Assembly: GCA_030607875.1 (NCBI GenBank)
Contig: JAUWJD010000009.1
Location: 29,169 to 93,168 of the forward strand
Length of the DNA stretch: 64,000 bases
Direction: 5' to 3'
DNA from: Chloroflexota bacterium
GTDB taxonomy: Bacteria > Chloroflexota > Anaerolineae > UBA2200
The position numbers and the translations under genes are program-made. Each line of letters opens with the position of its first letter. Positions within the stretch are counted from its first letter, which is position 1. Under the pieces are notes generated by a model that was not told where the DNA came from, ran no database searches, and worked only from the letters and a program-made list of their open reading frames with translations. Positions 55,323 to 64,000 of this stretch are shown piece by piece.

Positions 55323-55864
55323 GAGTCATCGCCGGTAAGGCCAAAGGGCGCCGCCTTTTCTCCGTGTCAGGGCAGTCTACGCGTCCGATCACCGATAGGG
55401 TCAAGGAAGCACTGTTCGACATCCTGGCCGGTCGCGTGATCGAGGCGCGCTTTCTGGATCTGTTCGCCGGTACGGGTGCGGTAGGCATCGAGGCTCTCAG
55501 TCGCGGGGCAGGCGACGCCACCTTCGTGGAGCGAAATTCACGTGCTCTGGCCACTTTGCGCCGCAATCTGCAGCACACAGGGCTCGCCGAACACGCTTGC
55601 GTGGTGCGGCGCGACGTCTTCAAGTTCATCGCCCGCTACCAAGGTCCACCCTTTGACATTGTGTACGTGGCCCCACCCCAGTACAAGGGCCTCTGGGCAC
55701 TCACATTGTGTGCACTGGACAACTCGCCCTTATTGGCCCTCGACAGCCTGATCGTGGCCCAGATTCATCCCAAGGAATATGAACCGCTCGATCTGACCCG
55801 ACTCGCCTTGTCAGATAGGCGCAAGTACGGCAGTACAGTGCTCTGCTTCTACGGGTTGCCCTAG
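55319..55864 (+). CDS. rsmD: 16S rRNA (guanine966-N2)-methyltransferase
   Basis: MRVIAGKAKGRRL, TRPITDRVKEALF, LDLFAGTG, VAPPQY, RKYG. Confidence 0.92.
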   Translation: MRVIAGKAKGRRLFSVSGQSTRPITDRVKEALFDILAGRVIEARFLDLFAGTGAVGIEALSRGAGDATFVERNSRALATLRRNLQHTGLAEHACVVRRDVFKFIARYQGPPFDIVYVAPPQYKGLWALTLCALDNSPLLALDSLIVAQIHPKEYEPLDLTRLALSDRRKYGSTVLCFYGLP

Positions 55865-55873
55865 ACAGGCGCC

Positions 55874-55906
55874 ACTTGTGGGATACTTGTGGGATACTTG
55901 TGGGAT
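55874..55906. repeat. Perfect 11-bp tandem repeat ACTTGTGGGAT x3
   Basis: Directly visible between the converging stops of rsmD and the AlbA_2 gene. Confidence 0.9.
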
Positions 55907-55913
55907 AACACAG

Positions 55914-57284
55914 TTACTTGAAGATGTAGTACGTCGCCCGCTTCTGACCGATCTTTAACAGGATGCTACGGCTGACCAAATCGGCCAGATCGCGCCGTAT
56001 CGTCTCCGCGCTTACGTCCGGACACAGCTCTTGATACTCACGGTTGGCGATGCGCTCGTGCTCGCTCAAGTACTCCAGCGCCCTCATCTGGCGCTCATTC
56101 AGTCCCATGAGCCGCCATTGGCGATACCTGCTTCCCTTCTCAGAAAAAAAGTCCTCGCCATGCCCATATAGCGTGACCACAAAGCCATTGGCCGTCTCCC
56201 GAAATTGTGGTGGGGGCAGGCCTTCTTCAGCCATGAGCTTGATCATGCGATCTATACCGTAGCCCAGCCGTTCGACAAAGCCCATGTCTGAGAGCACTTG
56301 CACAATCACCTGGTTGCGGGAGAATCGCTCATCGACGATGTTATCAACTGTGACGTGGCCGGGCAGCCGACCGGGACTGTAGAATTCGATGCGATCGCTG
56401 AATATGGAGACGCGGATTCCATCGCCATGCAGGCTGTAGTCACGGTGAGCCACAGCATTCACGATGGCTTCACGTACAGCTTTCACTGGGTATTCGAGGC
56501 GATCCTCACGTTGCAGGGCGGAAAGCCGGGCTCCCGTACGCAGATTAGCCAGCACAGCACTCTCCACACGACGAACCTGTTCCGGCAGCGTGTCTCGGAT
56601 GTCTTCGCGCACAAACTCGTCGCTCATCTCGCGGCCGGCATAACGCACCACGACGACTTCGTTGTTGAGAAAGCGCTCGATATCCCTGGCAAAGAGCAGC
56701 AGGCCAGCCATCGTCGGATGCATCCCTTTGCGCCCGGCCAGGCGGCCCCGTTTGAGCAGCGCCTCCTGGGGCGTCAAGGCAGCCAGAGCAGGCACGGATT
56801 CCAGGTATCGATTGATCTTGTCTGCATCAAGATCATCGATCGTCGCTTCATCGACCTGATGCGACTCAAAGCTGGTCCCGCCTCGCTCCACCAGCAAACG
56901 GCGCAGTTGGCGCGGTGTCAATGGCTGATTCCGTGTACCAGACCGCATCAGGTACTTGCCGTCGACAGAGTAGACATGCGACAGTCCGCGAGGGAGCTCA
57001 ATCGACAGCAACTGAAGGCCATCGTGCGTCTCGGCAACTCGAGGCAGGGGGATGATCAAGAGAGGCTCGCAAAGCAGAGCGGCTTGGAACACGCGATCAC
57101 GCGCCTCGTCTACATCATCCAAACCTTGAACCTGTCTACTGCGCGGAGAGACGCCGAACAGTATCATCCCGCCCTGGCTGTTAGCCATCGCTGCCATTGT
57201 CTCCGCTAGGCGTCGGCTCGAGGTGCGTTGGGGGAAGAATTCCAAGTGGGCGCCACGCCGTTGTTCCAGCAAGGTCTTTATCAT
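55914..57284 (-). CDS. Schlafen/AlbA_2 + HATPase_c_4 + wHTH protein
   Basis: AMANSQGGMILFGV, REAIVNAVAHRDY, SPGRLP, RNQVI..LSDMGFVERLGYGI, C-terminal TIRRDLADLV HTH. Confidence 0.88.
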   Translation of the reverse strand: MIKTLLEQRRGAHLEFFPQRTSSRRLAETMAAMANSQGGMILFGVSPRSRQVQGLDDVDEARDRVFQAALLCEPLLIIPLPRVAETHDGLQLLSIELPRGLSHVYSVDGKYLMRSGTRNQPLTPRQLRRLLVERGGTSFESHQVDEATIDDLDADKINRYLESVPALAALTPQEALLKRGRLAGRKGMHPTMAGLLLFARDIERFLNNEVVVVRYAGREMSDEFVREDIRDTLPEQVRRVESAVLANLRTGARLSALQREDRLEYPVKAVREAIVNAVAHRDYSLHGDGIRVSIFSDRIEFYSPGRLPGHVTVDNIVDERFSRNQVIVQVLSDMGFVERLGYGIDRMIKLMAEEGLPPPQFRETANGFVVTLYGHGEDFFSEKGSRYRQWRLMGLNERQMRALEYLSEHERIANREYQELCPDVSAETIRRDLADLVSRSILLKIGQKRATYYIFK

Positions 57285-57327
57285 CTGCGAGCACGCTCAT
57301 TTTGCAGCCAGGCGTAGGTACTCAGCC

Positions 57328-58416
57328 CTACGACTGAGGATAGTCCATCTTCCAGCGACCAGCGACACGAATCATCGTCCAGCGCACCTCGGTCAGGGAG
57401 CTGAGCTCGTCGCTGGTCGAACGAAACTGAACCTTCACAGTGACAATCGTGGATTGGGTATCATCCTGAGTTGGGTAGTAACTCAATTCCTTGACCACGG
57501 CCCACTTGATCTCATTGAGCGGGAAAGGCGACCCGTACTTCAGCTTGCCTTCCTGAAACTCGGCGGCGGCCTGTGTGCTCAGGTAATCGACGTGCTTTGG
57601 CTGCGGATCGGTCTTCCCAAAAGTCCTGTAGAATGCGAGTACAATCTTCTCTGCATAGGGGGTATCCAGAATGTCAGTAGGGATTCCTGCCGGAAAGTCA
57701 ATGATCGCCGCGAATGGCGACACCAAGGTGTTCGTACCTGTGATAAAGTAGCCGTCAGCCTCAGGCCTGTAAAAGTGCTTCCTCACTAAATCACTGCGTT
57801 CGTAGCCAGTACGGCTGGTCACGCTGACCTCGAGTGTGTTCTCATCAAAATGAACACCATCCGGACTGCGGAAGAAACCAATGCACCGGTACAAGGGCGG
57901 GTTGTCCGTGGGTGGCGGCCCTGGATCACGGGTGAGGCGGAAGAAGGCCAGATCAGTCTTGGTCTTGGTGCGAAAGACCAACTCCTTACGTGGCACACCA
58001 CCTGACTCCGGCACCAGATCCACAAGGGTCACTTCGGGTTTGTCTTGCGCCAAGTAGTTCTCATACGGAGCACGCAGTTTGTACGGATAGACAACAGGCA
58101 ACTGTATGGCCGGATCAAACACTACGTCGTAGATCAGGGCAGCCACGGGCCCACGGTCATTAACCTGGTCGAAGCGATAGAAAGTCAGCCACTCGTCCAC
58201 TCCGTCGCTATCGGTATCCAGTCGCTGTACACCCAATATGTTCTTGCCGCGCAAAACGTCTCTGGAGATGGCAATCACGTACTCCGGCAGTCCTTCTTCC
58301 ACAGTGCAGGCAGGCAACAGAACAGTAAGGAGAAGCATCACTGCGACGAGGCGAGCCAAACGGAATGCGCAGTGCTGTTGTCGCCCCGTCTTACGAAGGT
58401 TTCGTCTTCTGACCAT
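57328..58416 (-). CDS. Hypothetical lipoprotein
   Basis: Long ORF overlapping the lon stop; signal [25 protein letters not shown] motif. Confidence 0.7.
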   Translation of the reverse strand: MVRRRNLRKTGRQQHCAFRLARLVAVMLLLTVLLPACTVEEGLPEYVIAISRDVLRGKNILGVQRLDTDSDGVDEWLTFYRFDQVNDRGPVAALIYDVVFDPAIQLPVVYPYKLRAPYENYLAQDKPEVTLVDLVPESGGVPRKELVFRTKTKTDLAFFRLTRDPGPPPTDNPPLYRCIGFFRSPDGVHFDENTLEVSVTSRTGYERSDLVRKHFYRPEADGYFITGTNTLVSPFAAIIDFPAGIPTDILDTPYAEKIVLAFYRTFGKTDPQPKHVDYLSTQAAAEFQEGKLKYGSPFPLNEIKWAVVKELSYYPTQDDTQSTIVTVKVQFRSTSDELSSLTEVRWTMIRVAGRWKMDYPQS

Positions 58417-60838
58417 GTTGTTCCACACTCCCCGTGTTCTTGGCCGAGGCAGCCTGCTTCCGGGTCTTGACCTGCCGTGACGGGAGGAGGGCCACCGGCA
58501 CAACCTCGTCCATCCGTTCCACGAACACAAAGTTGAGGCCCCGTTGAACTTTGCGGGGGATGTCCACCAAGTCTTTTTGGTTCCTCTTGGGCAGCAGCAC
58601 AGTCTTTAGCCCAGCTCGATATGCCGCCAGCACTTTTTCCCGTAGGCCACCAATCGGCAGTATGCGACCGCGCAAGGTGATCTCACCCGTCATGCCAACC
58701 TCGCGGTGAACAGGCCGATGGCTCAGAGCAGAAAGCAAAGCCGTAGCGATCGTAATGCCGGCAGACGGCCCATCCTTAGGAATAGCTCCTTCGGGCACAT
58801 GGACGTGGAGGTCTATGCGCTCAAAATCAATGTTCTGGATGCTGAGCTGGCTGGCATGCGCTCTCGTATAGCTTAGAGCCGCCTGGGCTGATTCCTGCAT
58901 GACGTTACCCAATTGCCCCGTCAGCAGCAGGTTGCCTTTGCCGGGCATCACTGTCACCTCAACCGAGATGATATCGCCGCCGGCCGCCGTCCACGAGAGG
59001 CCAGTCGCGACGCCCACTTCGTCTGCTTCCTCAGCCTTACCATATAAAAACTGCGGAGGGCCAAGGTGCTTGGGCAGAGTTCGCGGCAGGATGTAGCGAG
59101 GCGCACGTTTGCCTCCCGCCACCGATTTGGCCACCTTACGGCAGACCGTAGCAATGGCGCGCTCCAGGTTTCGCACACCAGCCTCGTACGTGTATTCGCG
59201 GCTCATGCGTCGCAGGGTCTCGACTGGGAAATGAAGCCGCGTTAGCCCGTGCTGTTCCAGTTGACGCGGTACGAGAAACTGCCTGGCAATCTCGATCTTC
59301 TCCTCTTCGATATAGCCAACAAAACCGATGACCTCCAGACGGTCGCGCAGCGCAGGCGGAACAGGACTGAGAATGTTCGCCGTAGTGATAAACATCACTT
59401 TGGAAAGATCGTATGGCACCTCCAGATAGTGATCTGAGAAGGAGTGATTCTGTTCTGGATCCAGGACTTCTAGCAAGGCAGCGGAAGGGTCTCCCCGGAA
59501 ATCGATTCCCAGCTTGTCGATCTCATCCAACATAAAGACAGGATTGATTGTGCCTGCACGGCGCATGGTTTGGATGATACGACCAGGCATGGCGCCGACA
59601 TAGGTGCGACGATGACCGCGAATCTCGGCCTCGTCGCGGATCCCCCCAAGACTGACGCGCACAAAACTGCGTCCCAAGGTTTCAGCAATAGACTTGCCCA
59701 AGGAGGTCTTGCCAGTCCCCGGCGCGCCCACAAAGCACAGGATGGTGCTGCCCATTTTGTCCGGCGCAAGCTTGCGGACGGCAATGTACTCCAGGATGCG
59801 CTCCTTTGCCTTGGCCAATCCGTAATGATTCTTGTTCAGGGTTTCAGTAGCTTGGGCGATATCCAGGTTGTCCTCACTGCCATTTGCCCACGGTAAATCC
59901 AACAGCCAATCGATGTAGGTGCGGATAACGCTAAACTCTGGGGCGGCCGGGGCCATACCTGCCAGGCGGCCCAGTTCCTTCTCCGCTCTTTGGCGAACCT
60001 CCTCCGGCATCTGAGCTTCGGCGATCTTCTGCTGCAGCTCGGCGATTTCCTGGGTCAGGGGATCGCTTTCGCCCAACTCGTGCTGGATGGCACGCATCTG
60101 CTCACGCAGAAAATACTCCCGCTGGCTTTTGTCCACTTCTTGCTGCACCTGCGAATGGATGCGGCTTTCCAGCTCCAGCACATCTAGTTCCTTGGCCAGC
60201 AGCACGCTGGTTCTTTCCAGGCGGGCAATGGGATCCACAATCTCCAGCAGTTCCTGTCGCCCGCCTGAATCCAGGTTGAGGTTGGAAGCCACCGAATCGG
60301 CAAGCCAGCCAGGGTCGTTGACGTTCATGGCCATGACGAAAGCGTCGTCGGGAATGCTTCGACTCAGGCGCACGACCTTCTCAAACAAAGTCAATACGGC
60401 ACGCATCAGCGCCTCGGTTGGAAGGGAAGGCTCGACTGCCTCCACCACAGGAAGCACGCGCGCCATAAGATAGGGCGTCTTCTTCACCAGCTTCAAGAGC
60501 CGCAGACGCCTGTAGCCCTGCACAAAGACACTCGTGGTCTGATCCGGCATGCGCCAAACACGCCCGATGACCGCCTCCGTCCCCAGCTTGTAGAGATCAT
60601 CCTCCACTGGATCGCGAACGTTGGCGTCGGTCTGAGCAAACACCGCGATCCGCCCATCGCCAGCCATGGCAGCTTCCACAGCCTTCACAGATCGATCGCG
60701 GCTGATGAACAGAGGAGCAGCGACACGAGGAAAGAGCACGGTGTCCCGCACCGGCAACAGAGGGAGCTCGTTTGCTTCCGTGTTCTGCTCAAGCGAGACA
60801 TGGGTCGCGAACCGGCTCAAGTCCCAATCATCTATCAT
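58391..60838 (-). CDS. lon: ATP-dependent Lon protease
   Basis: [34 protein letters not shown] (Ser), GGLREK (Lys). Confidence 0.96.
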   Translation of the reverse strand: MIDDWDLSRFATHVSLEQNTEANELPLLPVRDTVLFPRVAAPLFISRDRSVKAVEAAMAGDGRIAVFAQTDANVRDPVEDDLYKLGTEAVIGRVWRMPDQTTSVFVQGYRRLRLLKLVKKTPYLMARVLPVVEAVEPSLPTEALMRAVLTLFEKVVRLSRSIPDDAFVMAMNVNDPGWLADSVASNLNLDSGGRQELLEIVDPIARLERTSVLLAKELDVLELESRIHSQVQQEVDKSQREYFLREQMRAIQHELGESDPLTQEIAELQQKIAEAQMPEEVRQRAEKELGRLAGMAPAAPEFSVIRTYIDWLLDLPWANGSEDNLDIAQATETLNKNHYGLAKAKERILEYIAVRKLAPDKMGSTILCFVGAPGTGKTSLGKSIAETLGRSFVRVSLGGIRDEAEIRGHRRTYVGAMPGRIIQTMRRAGTINPVFMLDEIDKLGIDFRGDPSAALLEVLDPEQNHSFSDHYLEVPYDLSKVMFITTANILSPVPPALRDRLEVIGFVGYIEEEKIEIARQFLVPRQLEQHGLTRLHFPVETLRRMSREYTYEAGVRNLERAIATVCRKVAKSVAGGKRAPRYILPRTLPKHLGPPQFLYGKAEEADEVGVATGLSWTAAGGDIISVEVTVMPGKGNLLLTGQLGNVMQESAQAALSYTRAHASQLSIQNIDFERIDLHVHVPEGAIPKDGPSAGITIATALLSALSHRPVHREVGMTGEITLRGRILPIGGLREKVLAAYRAGLKTVLLPKRNQKDLVDIPRKVQRGLNFVFVERMDEVVPVALLPSRQVKTRKQAASAKNTGSVEQHGQKTKPS

Positions 60839-61244
60839 TAAACGTAATCAGCCTCCATAAAGCGTAGCGCTACTATACCACATTTTGCATGAAATGCATA
60901 GCTTCATCGCGTACACAGGGCAGGGCAATCGCATTTGGATTCTGGAGCTCCAAAATACGGCTGTGATCCGTCAGAAGCGGGCACTTTGCTGGCCTGGACA
61001 GGCCATACCCGGCTCCCCGATTCCTATCACCAGCAAGAAAGGGCACGAAATGAGTCGAGACAACACGGCAAAGCTTCCGAAAATCATTGTAGCAGGCCGT
61101 TCTCGAGTTCAAACGCGACTGCTCTGCCGGACCACAATACGTGCTTGCTTCCAGCAGGACTGTGCAGTAGAATTGAATGCAGAAATTGGCTAACACGTCC
61201 CGAGGGCCGGCTGCGCTCGGAGAACGAATGGGAGGAACCACACC

Positions 61245-61589
61245 ATGAAGGTGCAACACTATTCGAACGTCCCAGCAGAAGAAGTAACCTCAGCACCGGG
61301 AGTCACAATCCGCTGGCTCATCGCACAGAGCAGTGGGGCCAGCAACTTTGCCATGCGCGTCATCAAGGTACAGCCCGGTGCGGCGACTCCACTGCACACA
61401 CACCCCTTCGAGCATGAGGCCTACGTACTGCAAGGCGTGGGCGGGCTGCGCATCGCAGACAGGGAAGAGCCCCTGCGGGTCGGCAGTTTCGCCTTTGTGC
61501 CGCCCGACATCACGCACCAGTTCATCAATCGAGGTGAATCACCTCTGCGGTTTATCTGCGTCATACCCATGCCGGATGAGGAGCACTAG
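61245..61589 (+). CDS. Cupin domain protein
   Basis: PLHTHPFEHEAYVLQG, PPDITHQFIN. Confidence 0.9.
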   Translation: MKVQHYSNVPAEEVTSAPGVTIRWLIAQSSGASNFAMRVIKVQPGAATPLHTHPFEHEAYVLQGVGGLRIADREEPLRVGSFAFVPPDITHQFINRGESPLRFICVIPMPDEEH

Positions 61590-61592
61590 ACG

Positions 61593-62117
61593 ATGGCTAT
61601 TTACGAATTCGAGGAGCGCAAACCAAGAGTAGGACAAGGGACCTATGTGCACCCTTCTGCAGACGTTATCGGAGCTGTAACCATCGGCGAAAACTGCTGG
61701 ATTGGGCCCGGAGCGCGCCTCCGCGGCGACTATGGCGTGATCATCTTGGGTGATAGTACAAGCATCGAAGACAACTGTGTCATACATGCACGGCCCGGCG
61801 GGATGACACGCATTGGCAACCACGTGACCATCGGCCACGGCTGCGTGATCCACAACGCCACCATCCACGACTATGCGGTGATCGGAATGGGATCGGTGGT
61901 CAGCGATTGGGCTGACGTTGGCCAGTGGGCCATCGTGGCAGAGGGGGCAGTGGTCAGACAGCGACAACAGATCCCCACTGAGCGCATCGCCGTTGGCGTC
62001 CCGGCCAAGCTCCTGGACAAGCAAGTTAGTGAGGACTATAAGGCAGAATGGTCGCATTTCAAGAACACATACGCAGACCTGGCGAGGAGATATCCCAAGG
62101 GTTTGAAGGAGACTTGA
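61593..62117 (+). CDS. Gamma carbonic anhydrase family (hexapeptide repeat) protein
   Basis: LRGDYG, IEDNCVIH, IGHGCVIHN, GVPAK. Confidence 0.9.
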   Translation: MAIYEFEERKPRVGQGTYVHPSADVIGAVTIGENCWIGPGARLRGDYGVIILGDSTSIEDNCVIHARPGGMTRIGNHVTIGHGCVIHNATIHDYAVIGMGSVVSDWADVGQWAIVAEGAVVRQRQQIPTERIAVGVPAKLLDKQVSEDYKAEWSHFKNTYADLARRYPKGLKET

Positions 62118-63145
62118 TGCACGAAGCAAGGCTCTATGAGAAGCTGGATGAAGCCAAAGTAAAGTGCCATTTATGCGCGCACCGCTGCACAATTGCCGAC
62201 GGCAAACGGGGTATCTGCCAGGTGCGAGAGAACCGGGGAGGCGTGCTCTACAGTCTGGTGTATGGCCTGGCCATTTCCCAGGCCATCGATCCGGTGGAAA
62301 AAAAGCCCCTCTTCCACTTTTACCCCGGCTCCAAGGCCTTCTCATTTGCCACAGTCGGCTGCAACTTCCATTGTTCGTTCTGCCAGAACTGGCAGATTTC
62401 ACAGATGGTTCGAGACGAGGGCCGCCTGATGGGCCATGATGCTTCGCCAGACCACCTCGCTTCCGCTGCCCACCACTATGGTTGCAAGAGCATCGCTTAT
62501 ACCTACACGGAACCGACGATTTTCTTCGAATACGCCTATGATACGGCTGTGAAAGCTGCCAGGTGGGGCATCAAGAGCATCTACGTGACCAATGGCTACA
62601 TGACAGAGGAGATGCTGGACGCATTTGGGCCTCATCTTCATGCCGCCAACGTGGACTTGAAATCCTTCAGCGATGACTTTTACCGCAGAACCTGCGGCGC
62701 TCGCCTGCAACCCGTTCTGGACACGCTCAAGGCCATGAAGAAGAGAGGCATCTGGGTGGAGATCACCACTTTAGTGGTGCCTGGTGAGAATGACTCGGAG
62801 GAAGAACTCACTCATTTGGCCGAATTCATTGCCCAAGAGGTGGGCGTAGATACACCCTGGCACGTCAGCCGATTCCACCCAGACTACCAGATGCAGGATG
62901 GACGCCAAGCCACACCCATCTCAACATTGCAGCGCGCTCGTGATATTGGCCTGCAGGCTGGATTGCGCTACGTCTACGAAGGCAACGTGCCTGGCAGTGA
63001 TGGGGAAAGCACCTACTGCTACAATTGCCACAACCTGCTGATCCGACGCCATGGCTTTGGCATCCTGGAGAACCTCATTCTCCCAGGATCCAAGTGCCCA
63101 TTCTGTGGAGTGATCATTGCCGGCGTGGGTCTGGCCGGAGAGTAA
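62117..63145 (+). CDS. amrS: AmmeMemoRadiSam system radical SAM enzyme
   Basis: DPVEKKPLFHFYPG, GCNFHCSFCQNWQISQ, TYTEP, NVDLKSF, SRFHP, YVYEGN. Confidence 0.9.
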   Translation: MHEARLYEKLDEAKVKCHLCAHRCTIADGKRGICQVRENRGGVLYSLVYGLAISQAIDPVEKKPLFHFYPGSKAFSFATVGCNFHCSFCQNWQISQMVRDEGRLMGHDASPDHLASAAHHYGCKSIAYTYTEPTIFFEYAYDTAVKAARWGIKSIYVTNGYMTEEMLDAFGPHLHAANVDLKSFSDDFYRRTCGARLQPVLDTLKAMKKRGIWVEITTLVVPGENDSEEELTHLAEFIAQEVGVDTPWHVSRFHPDYQMQDGRQATPISTLQRARDIGLQAGLRYVYEGNVPGSDGESTYCYNCHNLLIRRHGFGILENLILPGSKCPFCGVIIAGVGLAGE

Positions 63146-63165
63146 ATCCAGACTCACCACTCCAC

Positions 63166-63213
63166 TACAGACACCAAGAGAGGCCAGCCTTCTGGCCTCT
63201 CTTGGTGTCTGTA
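63166..63213. terminator. Perfect 22-bp inverted repeat between convergent genes
   Basis: tacagacaccaagagaggccag-cctt-ctggcctctcttggtgtctgta. Confidence 0.75.
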
Positions 63214-63322
63214 CTTTGCGGCAGAGTAGCATTCTATCTCATCAGACGAACAGGACATTGGTGCTGCACCGTTGCGACTGGCACCTTGCCGAGATCACAC
63301 CATCAGTCGGTGGCCGCTGCTA

Positions 63323-64000
63323 CTATTTCACCCTGTGGCATGCTACCCAGTGCTCGCCGCCTACGTCTATGAACTCGGGCTCATCGACATCGCAGGTTCC
63401 GGCGATCTTGACCGGGCAACGGGGGTGGAAGTTGCATCCCTTGGGCGGGTTGGCCGGGCTGGGCACGTCCCCTGGCAGGATGATGCGCTGGCGCTTCTCC
63501 TCAACAACCGGGTCGGGAATAGGCACGGCGGAGAGCAAGGCTTGCGTATAGGGGTGAAGCGGATTCTCGTACAATTTCGCACGCGTGGGCAACTCCACAA
63601 TCTTGCCCAGGTACATCACCGCTACCCGGTCGCTGATGTGCTTGACCACAGACAGGTCGTGAGCGATAAAAAGGTAGGTCAGGTGGAACTCAGCCTGTAG
63701 CTCCTCCAGCAAGTTGATAATCTGCGCCTGGATGGATACGTCGAGGGCGGAGATGGGCTCATCGCAGACGATAAAGTCCGGCTGTACCGCCAAGGCCCTC
63801 GCAACTCCAATACGCTGGCGCTGCCCTCCTGAGAATTCGTGCGGATAGCGGTTGACGAAGTAGCGGTTCAAGCCGACGACTTCCAACAAGTCCATAACCC
63901 GCTCGCGCAGGGCCTTACCCTTGAGGATGTGATGCACCTCAAGGGGCTCGCTCACGATGTCGCCCACCGTCATGCGTGGGTTCAGGGAAGCGTATGGGTC
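63323..64000 (-). CDS. Oligopeptide/dipeptide ABC transporter ATPase (OppF/DppF-like), 5' end outside the window
   Basis: [44 protein letters not shown]. Confidence 0.93.
   Translation of the reverse strand, partial: DPYASLNPRMTVGDIVSEPLEVHHILKGKALRERVMDLLEVVGLNRYFVNRYPHEFSGGQRQRIGVARALAVQPDFIVCDEPISALDVSIQAQIINLLEELQAEFHLTYLFIAHDLSVVKHISDRVAVMYLGKIVELPTRAKLYENPLHPYTQALLSAVPIPDPVVEEKRQRIILPGDVPSPANPPKGCNFHPRCPVKIAGTCDVDEPEFIDVGGEHWVACHRVK

Noticed and set aside
60872..61172. CTACTATACC...GCAGTAG ends as another MITE copy
   Set aside because: Only 5-7 terminal bases match; the internal TIR motif (CCGAAGG...CTAAAC) is absent

Overview
Bacterial chromosome segment with high GC. The fused GlyQS, the RpoD insertion, the Thr-rich secreted protein with an LPLILR motif and the intergenic palindromes suggest Chloroflexota/Anaerolineae; this is inferred from sequence style only. 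Housekeeping genes include glyQS, ppdK, dnaG-rpoD, trxA, rsmD, lon and tRNA-Asn. Accessory modules: (i) an SCP2 / 2-hydroxyacid dehydrogenase / LsrK-like kinase / class II aldolase / tungsten AOR operon; (ii) a lipoprotein NPP-family protein with a degenerate active site next to an orphan solute-binding protein; (iii) a ~1390-aa secreted clan GH-A hydrolase; (iv) four M42 aminopeptidase genes, with two accessory blocks between the third and fourth. The first block is an ECF sigma / anti-sigma-like / DppB / DppC-M28(pseudo)peptidase-DUF6624 fusion operon with no ATPase or binding protein, and is the best candidate for a new system. The second is a ~7.9-kb cassette (DUF362, LipB, stand-alone lipoyl carrier, SDR, amidohydrolase, Tm-1-like/TIM-barrel pair) flanked by a 261-bp direct repeat of the M42 5' end. 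Non-coding structure includes a TA-flanked MITE-like family sitting just upstream of gene starts, a GTAG-type REP inserted in frame in a GH38 gene, a candidate UGA/SECIS recoding site in an FmdB protein, a CsoR-type operator and a candidate attenuator. No CRISPR array, rRNA, transposase or integrase was seen.
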